Origin: Amphiscolops sp. MND2022
Lineage: Eukaryota
Reading direction: 5' to 3'
Assembly: GCA_964187785.1 (NCBI GenBank)
Contig: OZ076409.1
Coordinates: forward strand, 7,008,001 to 7,072,000
Length of the DNA stretch: 64,000 bases
Shown: one piece after another, positions 38,323 to 52,129 of the stretch
Numbering within the stretch: the stretch's first letter is position 1
Layout: each line of letters starts with the position of its first letter
Program-made: the position numbers and the translations under genes
Notes under the pieces: generated by a model
Database searches by the model: none
Told to the model about the DNA's origin: nothing
The model's input: only the letters and a program-made list of their open reading frames with translations

Positions 38323-39958
38323 CTCCAATGTGCATGTTAATGATTATCGACTTGAATAAGGAATTTTGAAGGACCATCACTTGTTGAATTGAACCAAATT
38401 GTTGAATTTTCATTTGAGAAAGTCGAAATTGTTTCAGTAAAATAACATCATTCATTGTCATTTTTAGGCTTCAAAAACGGGTACTTGCAAGTCAAAAATC
38501 AATTGAAAAATGTCAAACAGGCCATACATTAAAAGATGCCACATTTTTTTTGCAAAATATGCTGCAATTCCCAAATATTGGCTGCAAAACGTGAAAAGAC
38601 ATCACAAGGTAAAAGACGAGTTTTGAATTTCCTAATAAACATAGGAATTATACAAGCAAACTGTAAGAACAGCTCTAATTTGAAAACAAAAACAAGAAAA
38701 GAGCGCGCCTCTGATTTCCTAATTCAATCTTTGAGCAAAAACCAAACCACTTGTTGAAAGAAGCGGCGACAATTTCACACAAACGCTTTTTTGATTTTCT
38801 AACAGCTTTTTTTCTAAACAGTGTTTCTCTAACAAATTTCACTGCGAGTGTTTATTTTTCTTTTTTTTTTCAGTGACCTTTTTTTCTTCAGACTACAATC
38901 CTCACACTGATCGGTCTACTTTTTAGAAACAATCCTGAAACCACCTAAGGCCAAGTCCGGCCAAAGCAAACTTAGTCCAAAAGGTCCCCCTTTCATTTTT
39001 ACCTTTTCAAGGAAACCTACAAACCCGGACGTGCCTAAAGGTTTGTAAGGATTCGAAGATTTGAATAACTACTGAACAGTTTCACTTTAAGTAAGCAAAC
39101 TCGGGCGCTTCATCTGTAGGGTACTGGATAGGTTCTGTTGAAAAAGTTTCGCAAATTTTTGACTATCAGTTCGATACGTTTTGGAATATCATACTCCTTT
39201 CTCAGTCGGAGCTTTTGTGAAGCAAAAAATGCCCGACTCTTACAGTGACCTTCTTTCTCCAGACCACAGACCTCACACTGAAAGGTCTACTTTTTACAGA
39301 AACTAATAAGACGACTAAAACGGCCAGCGGAAACGTGCAAAGGGTCCCCCTTTCATTTTTTTTACTTTTTCAACGTAACAAACAAAACCGGACGAGACTA
39401 AAGGGTCCCTTTGGATTTTTTTCGGCACTGTGCAACTTTTTTCGAAAATTTTTCAGTGTCCCCAAACGGTCCCCCATTTGAGTTTTTTGATATTTTGCGA
39501 CACAATCAATGTTGATAAATCCAAAAGGGCCCCCTTTTACATTTTTCGGCACTGTGCGACATTTTCGAAAGAAAAAAAGTTTCAAAAATTTCAAGTTTTC
39601 CAAAAAATGTTTTGCGCTTTTTGAGACTTAGATATAGCGCCGACTTAAGACGTTCTCGTCTTGTTGTCACAATTGGACGTATGTATTCCTTTCCTAACTC
39701 TATCTACGGATGGTACATTTGAGCCTCGAATTTTGTCGCAAGATACAAACGTTGTCCCTCGATTTCCGAAAATATCGTGCAAGACTCATGTTTAAAACAA
39801 ATTGTTTAATACAGGCCAATAAAATACGGTTTAAAACATTGCCAATAATGAATGTATTATACAAATTCATACATTTTTCTGCAGAATTTTGCCTAGGCCA
39901 AAGGACGGTATCTGGAGACATTTTACGGAGATTATTTTTCTTCATCATAAAAAGGATA

Positions 39959-40317
39959 AACAAGCCGGGACCGGCCCAAGTAGGCGCCATATCTAAGGCT
40001 CAAAAATAGCAAAAGGACTTCAATATGTCAAAGTATTGGTGAGTTGCGGACCTTTTTATGAAAAAAAATTTTGGAAAAAGTCTCACAGTGCCGAAAAAAA
40101 CTGAAAGGGTGGACCCTTTAGTCTCGCCCGGTATTGTATGTTACGCGGAAAAAACCTTTTTGGTTCAGCTCCCTGGGCCAACAGGTATATTAACACATTA
40201 AAATTCTGTAGAACTTTTGGTAGAACTATTTTGGTCAGTTCAGGTGGTCTTAAAAAACACTGAGGAAAAGCCATGACTATAGTCGACTCTTTTCTAAAGA
40301 AAAGCCCAGACTAAAAA
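39959..40317 (-). mobile_element. HINE-A copy
   Basis: Same termini. Confidence 0.72.
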
Positions 40318-42025
40318 GGGGCCGTGCAAGGCGAAACTATGTTGGTTTGCGACGGGAATGATGGCCCAGAGTTCAAAAGGGCAATTTTATAACTGAAAGA
40401 TGAGATAGTGCCGAATCGCTGCAAGCTGCAGAGCCTCCTTGCAGTGTCAGTAACGGCCCCCGTATATATAAATACTGAAAACCTCAACAAGTGCAGTACA
40501 GCTTTACTGAGCAAAACCAAAATTTATTAAAATGGTAAAAAAATTGACGCTCGGGATATGCACCCACTTGGGATTGTCATAATTCACGACAGCCTTCCCT
40601 TCTGCACTGTTGGCGCAATGGAAGACTCAACATGGTCTATTTGACGCGAGATTATTGTTAATAAGTCATGCTACCTTATAAATACAATTGACACCACAGG
40701 ATTTTCTCATCCTACTTGGCTGAAATAACAAATATTGCATTATTTTATTGCATTTATACACATTGCAGTTTTACTTTCAAATTTTCCCAATACAGTAATA
40801 CAAATTGCAGTTTTATTTTTTTGTCTATTGATAATTAATTTCTTCGAAAAGGGTTTTTCTGTCGAAAATAGTTTTCTGTTAGAATTTTGAAAAATACACT
40901 GAAATACATGTATTTTACAATAAAAACACTGTACGTATCATTCAACCTGTTTAATACGTATTAAATAAACAGCCCTGGTATAGTGAAAAATTTTGAATAT
41001 GATATAACAGCGTTTAGCTAGCTGTTTCTGTATATACCATTTGACCGCAAGTTCGTTGTTGCTTAATTAATCATTGGAATAAATTACTGCCATTGGCAAA
41101 TTGTAATTCGATCTTTAGTCGAAAAGCACCCTGAAGCCTTTGAATAAGTAATGAACTGGCATTACTTCTTTTTCAGAGGCTGCTAACAAAATGGTGTTTT
41201 TCTGTGAAAGTACCATCAAGTGAGGAATATCAATGCAAACGGCCTTTCAGGTCAAACAAGGCGTTTGGAATTGATTGAAAATATCGTGACACCTTGGAAA
41301 TGAACAAAGGTCTTCGCGAAGTTGGCCCAAATGGGTTTTGCTTCACTGAATCGAAGCGGTTGAAATTTCGAAATTGAATTCTGAGTACGCGGTCAGCTGA
41401 CAATTTACTCGCATCATTGACCTGTTGAAATCAGCCGATTTGCGGCCGCGCTGAATTTTTCAGCGATTTTATTAGCGATTCGACGAAGCTTGAAAAACTC
41501 GTCGAAAACAACTCTTCGAAAAGTCTCCGGCGGAAAAGTCGTCTCAGGAACAGAAAATCATCTCAGACAAATATAGTTCTAACTTGATGATCGTACTGTG
41601 CCATGAAAAATATTGAGAGGTAAACTATAAAAGTGAAAAATTTCAAGAAATTATATAAAAAGCTATATTACGCGTAAAACTGAAAATTTCACGCATCAAT
41701 TAAAAAATTAACCCATAATGCGGGTCGGCACTGCGTAGTCTCTGTGAGTAATCTGTAATTATTGTACGAGTTAAATTTCGACCAGTTTTCCTCCCTTTAA
41801 TTTCGAGGAGTTGTTTTCGACGAGTTTTCCACATACCGATTTCTGGGCCTAAAATTTAACATGAATTTATGAAGTTTCCTTTCCAAACGAGTTGATCGGT
41901 TGATAAGGTAGTTGGATGATAAAGTATATAGTGCAGCTATATGCTATTCGGATATAACGACGGCCTAGGGTATGCCGGAAAGACAGCGTTTTATCCAGAG
42001 TTGCACCGGACTTAAACGTTCCGTC

Positions 42026-42720
42026 CAGTGAATTGACGTCGGTACATGTACCGACCGGAACGCACAAATTTTCTTGTACCGTTACACGAACTACCGATTT
42101 ACCCGAGATATTGAAACAGTTTACATATACGAACAAGCCGAGAACGGCCAAAGTCGGCGCCATATCTAAGGCTCAAAATTGAAAAGGGGGACCCTTCGGG
42201 CTTTGTGAAACTCCAGCTGGTTGCAAAATATGAAAAAAATGAAGGGGGACCCTTTGGGGACTAGAAAAAATTTCCCAAAAAAGTGTAAAAACTGAGATTT
42301 TTGAACAGTGTCACATTGCCGAAAAATGTAAAAGGGGGGACTCTTTGGGATTTTTTGACATCCATTGTGTTGCAAAATATCGAAACAAATGAAGGGGGAC
42401 CCTTTGGTGCAATCCAAAAAATTTCAAAAAAAGTCGCATAGTGCCGAAAAAAAGTGGGGCTATAGGGGATCCTTAGTGTGATTTCGAAATTCTAGACGTG
42501 TTTTGTTTTTTCTTTTCGTTTTGGACGCGCTTTGGAGGTTCGAGTTGTTGAGGTTCGAAGTTGTTGAGGTTTGACGTAGTTGAACAAATGAACAAAAAAG
42601 TGGACCTTACGCGTCTAAAAAAACTACCCACTGTAAGAGTCGGGCACATTTTCTACTAAAATGCGCCGACTAAAAAGATACACGCGATACACGATTTTCA
42701 GTACCCAGGTGAATTCACCG
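42026..42720. mobile_element. Sibling copy of the intron-2 MITE (opposite orientation) with nested HINE-A
   Basis: Ends CAGTGAATTGAC / GTGAATTCACCG; TSD gttccgtc / attccgtc; internal gtaccgttacacgaacta matches the reverse complement of the intron-2 3' end. Confidence 0.82.
42132..42676 (-). mobile_element. HINE-A copy nested in the intron-2-family MITE
   Basis: Same termini. Confidence 0.75.
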
Positions 42721-45632
42721 ATTCCGTCCGACCAAATAGGACCAACTTAGCCGGATGCCAACTAGACACGCAGAGTTGGAACCAAGCACGTGATGAAATG
42801 TTGCTGGGCCTGGCGGGCTTATAGCCGGGCATTTTCGAGCTTAAATATATTCGGGCCGGGTATAACAGTTCGGAAAATAAATCGAAAATTTATACATGTT
42901 CAGTGCAGTTGCTAAAGAAATATTCTCAGCGCAAGCAACCAGAGCTCAAAGTGAACGAGATTTTATGAACGAAGTCCGCCAAAAAAACTGTCTGATGTTG
43001 AATTTTCGAATTCTGTTGTGAAAATGGATTTTTGAATTCTAATGTTTATATTTGATTGTCATTTACAATTTACGTTCGGGTATCAAATTCGTTTTCAGTC
43101 AGTTTCGTCGGGTATAAAAACGTTCAAAAATATCGGGTCGTCTTAGGATTTTAAAACGGGCTCTTGTCGGGCTTCGGGTAGAAAATTATGACCCGGTTCC
43201 AACTCCGCACGCAGACATGACAGCGTTCCTCAACTACAAGCGACGAAAAACCGCTTCTGAATTGGGCACTGAAGTATATGGTGAAAAACGAAGTAGACTT
43301 TTGCTCCAAAACGGCGAAAACTATTGTTTGATACCCGTCATAAATTCAATTAGTACCATTTTCACATCTGATACGAGATCATTGGTGTTAAATCCTTGTC
43401 CAGCCGGATTGTGTGAAAATCTAGGCCGGATGCAGGACCGGACATTTCTTCTGGAATTCGGCCGGATAGAGGAGCGGACTTCATGTCCAATACATCCCTA
43501 ATTTTGTCCGAAAGACAACCGAATGAAACCATGCATCCTTGTTAGGGCGGTCTGTAGGATTCTGACAATCAATTACTGTCAATATAAGCTTCTTGGCTTT
43601 CTGACCAGTAACGCTATGCAGGGCTCACAGAGTATCAGTAATGTCGATATAGTTTTTCCATGCTTTTTTTTAATTCTCAAAGGCATGATTTTTACGTAGC
43701 TTTTATGAAGCCTAATTTCGTACCAATCAGTTCCTCTGCAAACTTCTGAAGACACTAGCTGAACGTATGGAAAAGAAAACTTTTGAATATGGCATAGTAT
43801 TGTACACAGTTGCACGAAATATTGACTTGATGTCTATTCAATCAAGAAACCGGGACCAAAAAAATCGAAAAACTGCAGATTTTCCGTTTTTAGTCGGCGC
43901 TTCATGAAGTGAAACGCGACTATTATAGCGACTCTTTTTTTCAATCCACACGAACTGACCAAAATAGTTCTTTAAAGTTCTACAAAATATTATAGCACCA
44001 ACTTGCACCATTTGGCCTAGCGAACTGAACCAAAAAGGTTTTTCCTCTTTTTCCGCGTAACATAAAATACCGGGAGAGACTAAAGGGCCCCCCTTTCAGT
44101 TTTTTTTGGCATTTTGAGTCCCCCTTCAATTTTTTGATGTTTTGCAACAATGGATGTTAAAAAATGCGAAAGGGTCCCCCCTCTTAGCACGCCAGGGAAA
44201 TTTTCTCGTCCATTTAGGGTCAACCTATCAGATGATTCATTTTAATCGCGAATTAAGAGAAGTTTGAAGGTAATCATCGGATTATTCAAATCCGTTGAAC
44301 TTTTCAGCGAGATAAAAATTTCATTGATTGAAACCTGTCAAATAGTACGACAATGTCACAAAAAGGAAATTGCGACAATGAAACATTGACAGCCTCAATT
44401 ACAGTTATTCGCTGAATGATGAGTATGCTTTTTGCCGTCGAATGAGCTGTTTTCGAGGTCGAAAAATGCCTGGATAAAAGTTAGAGCGTTTTTAATGTTA
44501 ACAATAGCTTTTTAACCCTTGATCACGATTACTGTCGAATTTACGACTGGTTACTCTGAAATTGGCGTATAGTTTTTTTTTATATAGCTGATTGAAAACA
44601 AAGAAGAAAATCTTTTTTTGCAACTTAATGCCTGTACGAGTTATTTTTAAATAGTTTTTCAATGCTGTTTTTCAGATGCTATTACTCTGGTAATCAATCA
44701 GTTGTGCGGCGAATTTCGGCACCTGTCTCAATATTGATTAGAATTCTTTCGAGAGGAGCCGTATCATATTTTCCGCTTCACTGCGTTTTCTTTTCTGAAT
44801 GTCATTGGTGTCAAAAGATGCCATCGATTGAGTGAACAGTAGAGGTCTCCTCGTTCTCTCAATCTAAATCTTGATCGACAGATTTTGGCAGTTATGAAAG
44901 GAATCAATTTCTGCGGCGAATCCGAAGAGAATTCTTTTCTAAAGCGTCTATCAATCAAAAAGACAAAACATGTCCTATCTCCGGCTTACTTCTGGAAGCC
45001 TTTTGGAGCAATAATTGGACTGGTCAAGACCGAATAAGCAATAAATAGTGAAGTGATGACGTGGTTTTAAATGGAACATCATTTGATGATTCGACTTTTA
45101 GTTCAGGGGACATTCAGGGATTTTTCCGCGGCTATCAGCGGTGGAATCAATGAAGTAATCTATTACAGGTCTCTTTATGCTCTGCGGACATGAAGATACC
45201 ATACCCCTTTGATTCCTTTACCCCCCCCCCCTCTGCATCTACTATCGAAAACCCAGAAGCAATAAGAGCGTTGAATGATTGCGCACTAATTGACTGGGGG
45301 AAAGGAAGTAATAAATTGGACAAACATGATGTGGGTTTGCATTAATATGGACAAGGAAAGGCTTGTTGACTTGGTCACTTTTGTCATCTAGTAGGCTCTC
45401 AGGCACTGGGCTCTTCCTCTGTACACATGCCTCACATTTGTTCAGCTCCCTAATCATCTTAGAGACTGAACTAGATTTTTTAAATGTTGTTTTGTCAACG
45501 GATGCTCTCCTTGCAATGAAGGCCGTTCTCAAAGGAGGACATCGGTTAAGTCCTCCGCTATTCTCTTGCTCATCGTTGGTTTTCAGTCGGCGCATTTGAG
45601 AAGAAAATTTGCCCGACTATTAGAATGGCAAG

Positions 45633-46236
45633 TTTTTAGTCGGCGCTTTTTGCTTTTAAGGAAAAATGTCCCACTCCTACAGTGACCTTTTTTCTTCAGA
45701 TGACAGACCTTACTCTGATCGGTCCACTTTTTTTACAGAAACTACTAAAACTACTCAGGCCAAGTCCGGCCAAGGCAAACTTAGTGCAAAGGGTCCCCCT
45801 TTCATTTTTTTTTACTTATTCAACGTAACCTACAAAACTAGGCGAGTCTATAGGGTCCCCCCTTCTGATTTTTTTTCGGCACTGTAACTTCGAAAATTTT
45901 TTAATGTCTCAAAGGGGCCCCCCTTCAAGTTTTCTGATATTTTGCAACAATGTATGTTAATAAATCCCAAAGGGCCCCCTTTTTACATTTTTTGACACCT
46001 AAGCCACATTTTCCGAAAAAAAACCGATGTTTTTTTCAAAAAAAAACGTTTTTTTTTGTTTCCTCCCTGTTGGGGAAAAAGTGGTTTCCGAGTCTCATCG
46101 TGCATTAAAGGCACCCTTCGGGTGTCTCGAAACGGTTTTCTGAGCTTTTCATAAATAAGTGCTGGGAACTTTTTGAAAACTTTGCGCTTTTTGAGCCTTA
46201 GATATAGCGCCGACTTTAGACGTTCTAGTCTTGTTT
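45633..46236 (+). mobile_element. HINE-A copy (extra 5' end at ~45580)
   Basis: Same termini. Confidence 0.75.
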
Positions 46237-46669
46237 CCTCTTGTAGTCAGATGAGAATCTCACACTGCATGGTCCATTTTTACAATCTTCGGCCGTCGTG
46301 AATATTGCCACACAATTCCAGTGTTAGCGGTAATAGAAAAGCGTCTTGAATCTAATTACCAATTAGATAAGCAAACGATGCTTTCTAGGTGAACCACAAA
46401 ATCGGAACCGAAAAGTTTCACTTATGGGAATTGTAATACTTCGGAACAAGGAGCTGAGAAAAAAAACTTTCTGTCAATCAAAATCTACAATTTTGCATGT
46501 TGCTAATAATCAGCAAAAGTTTCCTATTCCGTTTTCCTACGGCAAACACTTTCCTACAGGCCAGAAACCTCAAAGCTAACTCAAAGACAGTAGGCATCAA
46601 AGTTTAAATGTTAATTGGCTAATTAACATGAGACGCTTTTGTATAATTACAATATGGTGTGAAACGAAA

Positions 46670-46778
46670 AGGGGTTAAATGAACGTGGGGTGAAATGAAT
46701 GTGGGGTGAAATGAATGTGGGTGAAGTGATATGGGGTGATGTGATATGAGGTGAAATGACATGGGGTGAAATGAACGC
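46670..46778 (+). repeat. 15-16-bp minisatellite (GGGGTGAAATGAATGT)n
   Basis: About 7 degenerate tandem units. Confidence 0.85.
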
Positions 46779-48447
46779 ACATCGAATTGACTTATTGGCT
46801 TATTGAACCTTCTAGTAATAAGTTCGAGTCACTTAATCAGGTGTTATGCGATGCCGTGTCTGGGTCTATGAACTATGAAAGATTCAAAAAGTCGTACAGT
46901 CCAACGAAAAAAAGGAGTAGAATTTCTCATACTGTGTGGGTTTTACAAGTGTAACAGTTGGAATTTTTGGAAATTCTTTTCAAAAATCCATGTATTTTCT
47001 GAGGAAATTTCGAATTTGAACAACCTATTGATTGCCGCTAATTTGAATCGCTAATGAAAATGCTGAGAAATTCTGCGCGACCGCGAAATCGCTGATTAGC
47101 GATGTCAAAACTCTGATTGAAACATGGAAAATATTGGCAAAAATTTTACAACAACTAAACAGTTCGAAGTGTGGGCTTTGGTCTCTCCCCATTTTGTAAA
47201 TAGCCTAAAATACTAGGTAACCAAAGGGAATGCATGTCATAACATTCCCTTGCACTTTTGAAAAGTTTTGTTTCCGAGTTTGAAAAGTCAGCGTTACAGC
47301 CTAATTCTACGTTTATCTCCCTATTTCAGGCAAGTTCTGGGCTGACTTCCCAATCCGGTTATCAAACCACGGGGTTGCTTCCTTTGTAAGGCATCGAAAA
47401 TTTAAATAACTGCTGAACAGTTTCACTTTGAGTAAGCAAACTCGGGCGCTTCATCTGTAGGGTACTGGATAGGTTCTGTTGAAAAAGTTTCGCGAATTTT
47501 TGACTATCAGTTCGATACGTTTTGGAATATCATACTCCTTTCTCAGTCGGAGCTTTTGTGAAGCAAAAAATGCCCGACTCTTACAGTGACCTTCTTTCTC
47601 CAGACCACAGACCTCACACTGAAAGGTCTACTTTTTACAGAAACTACTAAGACGACTAAAACGGCCTAAAGCGGAAACTTAGTGTTTCGAAACCGAGACT
47701 TTTTCATTTAAAAAACGTCCTCAGCATATTTTAAAATCTTTGCGCTTTTTGAGCCTTAGATATAGCGTCGACTCTAGACGTTCCCGTCTTGTTCAAATTG
47801 TCTCAACCAAGTTCTAGTTTTTTTTCGGAATTTTGGGAGTTTCATACTTTATTGATGCCGCTAAAGGGGGTCTTTTGTTTATTTTGATTTTCTGTAACAA
47901 ACTAGATGATGAGAAAGTCACTCTTTTGCGTTTTTCGGCACTGTGAGATTTTGTTTCGGAAAGCTTTTCTTTATGCTTGCAAAAGTAAAGAGCAAGGGGG
48001 TTTTGGTTTCTTCGGTACTATTCGACTTTTATGAATTGGAGATAACTGAGTTGCCCTCCTTCAATTTTCAGCAGAAACGAAGCGTTTTGCGACCATAGAG
48101 GGCTCCTTATGATTTTCGGCATTATGCGACTATGAACCCAAAGAATTTGAAAAGTTTTTGAGATTTTCTGTTAAGGAAATTCGTTTTCCAAGCCTTAAGG
48201 GTGACATCTCCGGTTATTTTGGTCCTGTGGAACGGATGAGAGTTTTTCTCAGTACCTGTGGAAAAGACCTACGGTTTTTAGGCGCTATGTGATTTTTTTT
48301 CGGAAAAGAGTTTGATTCCGTCAAAGACTACCCCCTTTGTTTTTAGTTTGGAAAAAGCGTTTTGCGAGCTCATAATCTCATTTTCGACAATAAACTTTAT
48401 TCCAAAAGAAAATTTCTCGAAAATCTTCCAAAGAAGTGGGTTTTCTG

Positions 48448-48643
48448 ATGTTTTCAGTTAGAAAAAAATGTTTTGAGTCCTATTGTTATCCCTTCGGGTG
48501 TTTTTTTTGGCTCCGTAAATGTGATATAATTTTGACAATGGTGTACACCATTGTCAAAATTATATCACATTTACGGAGCCAAAAAAAAAACACCCGAAGG
48601 GATAACAATAGGACTCAAAACATTTTTTTCTAACTGAAAACAT
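48448..48643. repeat. ~196-bp spacerless palindrome
   Basis: Centre GGTGT|ACACC at 48544/48545; arms differ only in a T8 versus A10 run. Confidence 0.95.
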
Positions 48644-49342
48644 TTCTAACTGCAAAGGGACGTCCCTTTGCATATTCAAAAAAGTGTCTCCTGAGGTTTT
48701 CGGCACTATGAGATATTGTCGGTTGTTTGTTCTCATTATATATGGGTTTTTGGTGTTTTCAGTTCAGAAACTGCTATTTCCGAGTCTCAAAGGTACCTCT
48801 TCGGGTGTTTTTTGGCACTGTATGATAGCCAAAAATTTGCAATAGTTATTTCCTGAATATTTCAAACACTTGCTCTTTTTGAACCTTGAGCGGGGCGCCG
48901 ACTTGGGCCGTTCCCGACTCGTTTAAAATAAAATAACGTGATGATTCTTTCGAGACATGAACTGGAATGACCTAAATTATTTTCTTTCCGCTGACCCTTG
49001 AAAAGAATGCCGAAGATAGTGTTTTAATTGTGCGTGAGCTCAAAGCAGATTTTCGCTCTCTAGCCTGCATTTCATAATCATTGTGTATGTATAACTTTGT
49101 TTCTTTCTTTCTTTCTTTTTTTCCTTGTTTATAATTACCTGGGGCTCTAAAAAGACGCTGCTTCATATTGGGCCTTGCATTGGGTCTGCGTCTCAATGCA
49201 GATCAATGAAGCTTGCCAGAAGATATTCTTTTGAAGACACAGTCTCCAGTCGAGTAAAAAACCTGCATGAATTCTTCACTAATTTCTTTTTTTATTTCTG
49301 CGATAGCACGAATAATATAGAAACTGGAAGGAGAAGTTTGTT

Positions 49343-49947
49343 TTTTTTAGGAGTCAGAAAAAATTTTCGACTACTTATGCAATCGTGTTGTTTTTTTTCT
49401 CCCGACCTTTTCATGAAAATCTCAAATTCCTCAAAAACTGTCCATACGATTTTCACGAAATTTTGCACAGTCACCCTTTGGGGTGTACAAAGTGACCCCT
49501 GCGTGCACAAAGGCATCAAAATCGTATGACTGGAATGTGAGAAACATAGCCAAAATTAGCCCAAAAATGGCTAAAAAACAGCTATTTTTCGACTTTTTTT
49601 GATTTTCGCAAAAACTTTCCATACGATTCGAACGAAATTTTCTACAGTCATTCTACACCATATGATAGTCCTTTGCGTGTGATTTCATCAAATTCGTATT
49701 GCTGAGATGTGAGAAACATAGCCTAAATTAACCCAAAAATGGCCAAAAAAACAGCTATTTTTCGACTTTTTTTGATTTTCGCAAAAACTGTCCATATGAT
49801 TAGACCGAAAATTTCTACAGTCATTTTCTACACCATAGGATGGTCCTATATGTGGAATTCCAATAAATTGGTATGACTGGGATTGGAGCGAGTCAGAAGG
49901 AAAAGACCTAAGCCGACTCCTTTACCGCATATGCGGCTCTGGTTTTT
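49343..49947 (+). mobile_element. HINE-C / Helitron-like repeat (copies ~11862-12110, ~12730-13160)
   Basis: 5' ttttAGGAGTC, 3' GACTCCT plus hairpin CCGCATATGCGG then CTCTGGT; internal tandem units. Confidence 0.68.
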
Positions 49948-50682
49948 CAGCCGAGTTTGCTCGTTAACCGAGTACCTACTGAAAAAGATTCAGATATTTT
50001 GTGAGTATATTTAAATTTCTCAAGCTGCCGACGACACTTAGTTTATTCATTTTTCGTACGATGAAGTGATTTAGTGTGAATTATTCGAAACTCTATGATT
50101 TCGTTTCGTCCGTCTTTCCAAATCGGCGTCGTTACTTTTCGACCAGAATCCATCTGAGAAAGTAATGTTATTATTTGAGCCGCGTTTTTTTGGACTTCTT
50201 AAATCAAAAGTTTTTGACAGAATTTAATGGCGAACAAAACTTAGGTTCTTAGAATGCATTGTACGAAGGTATTTGAATTTCATTTGAAGAAAGTGCCATT
50301 AGTGACCCCCAAAAAGTAAGAGAAAATTGAAAAAATTTGTTCAATTTTTGACCGTTTCATGCAATTTTTGTTCACTTTTTCGAATGTTTTTGTGAAAATT
50401 ATCCACAGAGTTTAACGACAAAATAATAGCTACTTATATATGCACTTTCCTAGTGTGAAACTAAAATCTAAAGTTCCTGAAAAAATTCCATTTTTGAAAT
50501 ACTATAAAAACGAAACGTTTAAACGCTGATTAACTTCCCCAATACCTTGTTTCCGTTTTTACACACTTTTTGAGCCCCGAGAGGGATGCCATCTTACCCC
50601 GTGCACAACTTGTCTTTTCCCAGTAAGATTCAGAATTTCAGATTATCCTCTTGGGTACAGCTATTGGGTATTTTGTTACAAA

Positions 50683-50966
50683 CAGTAATTTTGACACCGC
50701 TTATAGCGATTTAGCGAATTAGCGGCCGCGCATGAGTTTCTCAGCGATTTCATCAGCAATTCAAATTAGCAGCAACTAATAGAACTTCCAAAATCCATTA
50801 TCCTTGAAGTATACATAGGGTTTCAAAATTAGTTTTGGTAAATTCCAACTTTTCAACTTCTACCTTGGAAAAATTACAGTATTTTTTCTAAAAAACTGAA
50901 TTAATAGTTTGAAGAAAAATGTTTTCAGCGATTTTGAAATTACCGATTAGCGATGTCAAAACTCTG
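50683..50966. mobile_element. hAT-like MITE, same family as 1050-1365
   Basis: End tagcgatgtcaaaactctg; perfect 8-bp TSD gttacaaa. Confidence 0.82.
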
Positions 50967-51033
50967 GTTACAAAGCTCTATCAATTTCCTCCACAGAATC
51001 AGGTTCAAACCGTATCAAGAACTTACTTCCCCC

Positions 51034-51636
51034 ATTTTTAGTCAGCGCATTTTTCTTTAAAGGAAAAGTGCCCGAATCTTAGTGGCCTTTTTCTTCTTCA
51101 GACCACAGACCTCACACTGAAAGGTCCACTTTTTAGAGGAGCTACCAAAACTACTAAAACCAAGTCCGCCCTGTGGAAACCTAGTGCAAAGGGTCCTCCT
51201 TTCATTTTTTTACTTTTTTAACGTAACATACAAAACCGGACGAGGCTGAAGGGTCTTCCCTTTTCGATTTTTTTCGGCACTCTGCGACTTTTGTTCGAAA
51301 ATTTTTTAATGTCTCCATAGGGTCCCCCCTTCGATTTTTTTGATACTTTACAACAGAATGTAAATTAATAAATTCCAAAGGGTCCCCCTTTTACATTTTT
51401 CGGTAATATGCCACATTTTCCGAAAGAAAAATCTGAAGTTATTTTCAAAAAATGTTTTTTTTGTTCCCAGTTGGGGAAAAAATGGTTTCCGAGTCTTATC
51501 GAGCATGAAAGGCACCCTTTGGGTGTCTCAAAATCTGTTTTCTGAGCTTTTCATAAATACTTTCTGGGCATATTTTAAAAACTTTGCGCTTTTTGAGCCT
51601 TAGATAAACCGCCGACTTAGACGTTCCCGTCTTGTT
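51034..51636 (+). mobile_element. HINE-A copy
   Basis: Same termini. Confidence 0.75.
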
Positions 51637-52129
51637 CATATTCAGCCTGTTTTGGATGCCAGATAAGACAATGATACGATACAACACTATTTTAAGCTAC
51701 AGATTAGTGAAATTAATGTCACTCCTTATTTCCCACTCTGTAACATTTCCCTTTGTGTAAAATTGAAAACAATACGTTTTTGACATGTCCTGGAGCTATT
51801 TTGAGATCGAACCCTTGTATCGGTGAATATTGCAAATAGCTATCTTTGAGCGAAAGGTAGTTCCCTTCCACATAATCCCTGCAAACATCACAGACGTCAT
51901 GGTAATTGAATTATAACGTAATAAGTCACGCAAGCTCTTTTTTATGAATAGCCTTTTTATTACAGGAAGATTTTCCCACGAAAAATATTTTCACGTAACC
52001 AGAGTTCATTAGATGCCTCGGCTCTTTTCTTCCCTCCCATGACTCCCCCCATGACCAAATTTTTAAAAGTAAACTTCCTTGAAAATTTCAGACTAGCCTA
52101 ATTAAAAGTAAAACCTTCCTCCATAACAC

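Noticed and set aside
45242..45595. Minus-strand ORF with CEAC..PF.VHI resembling an integrase remnant
   Set aside because: Motifs too short and no supporting flanking domains; would need a profile search.
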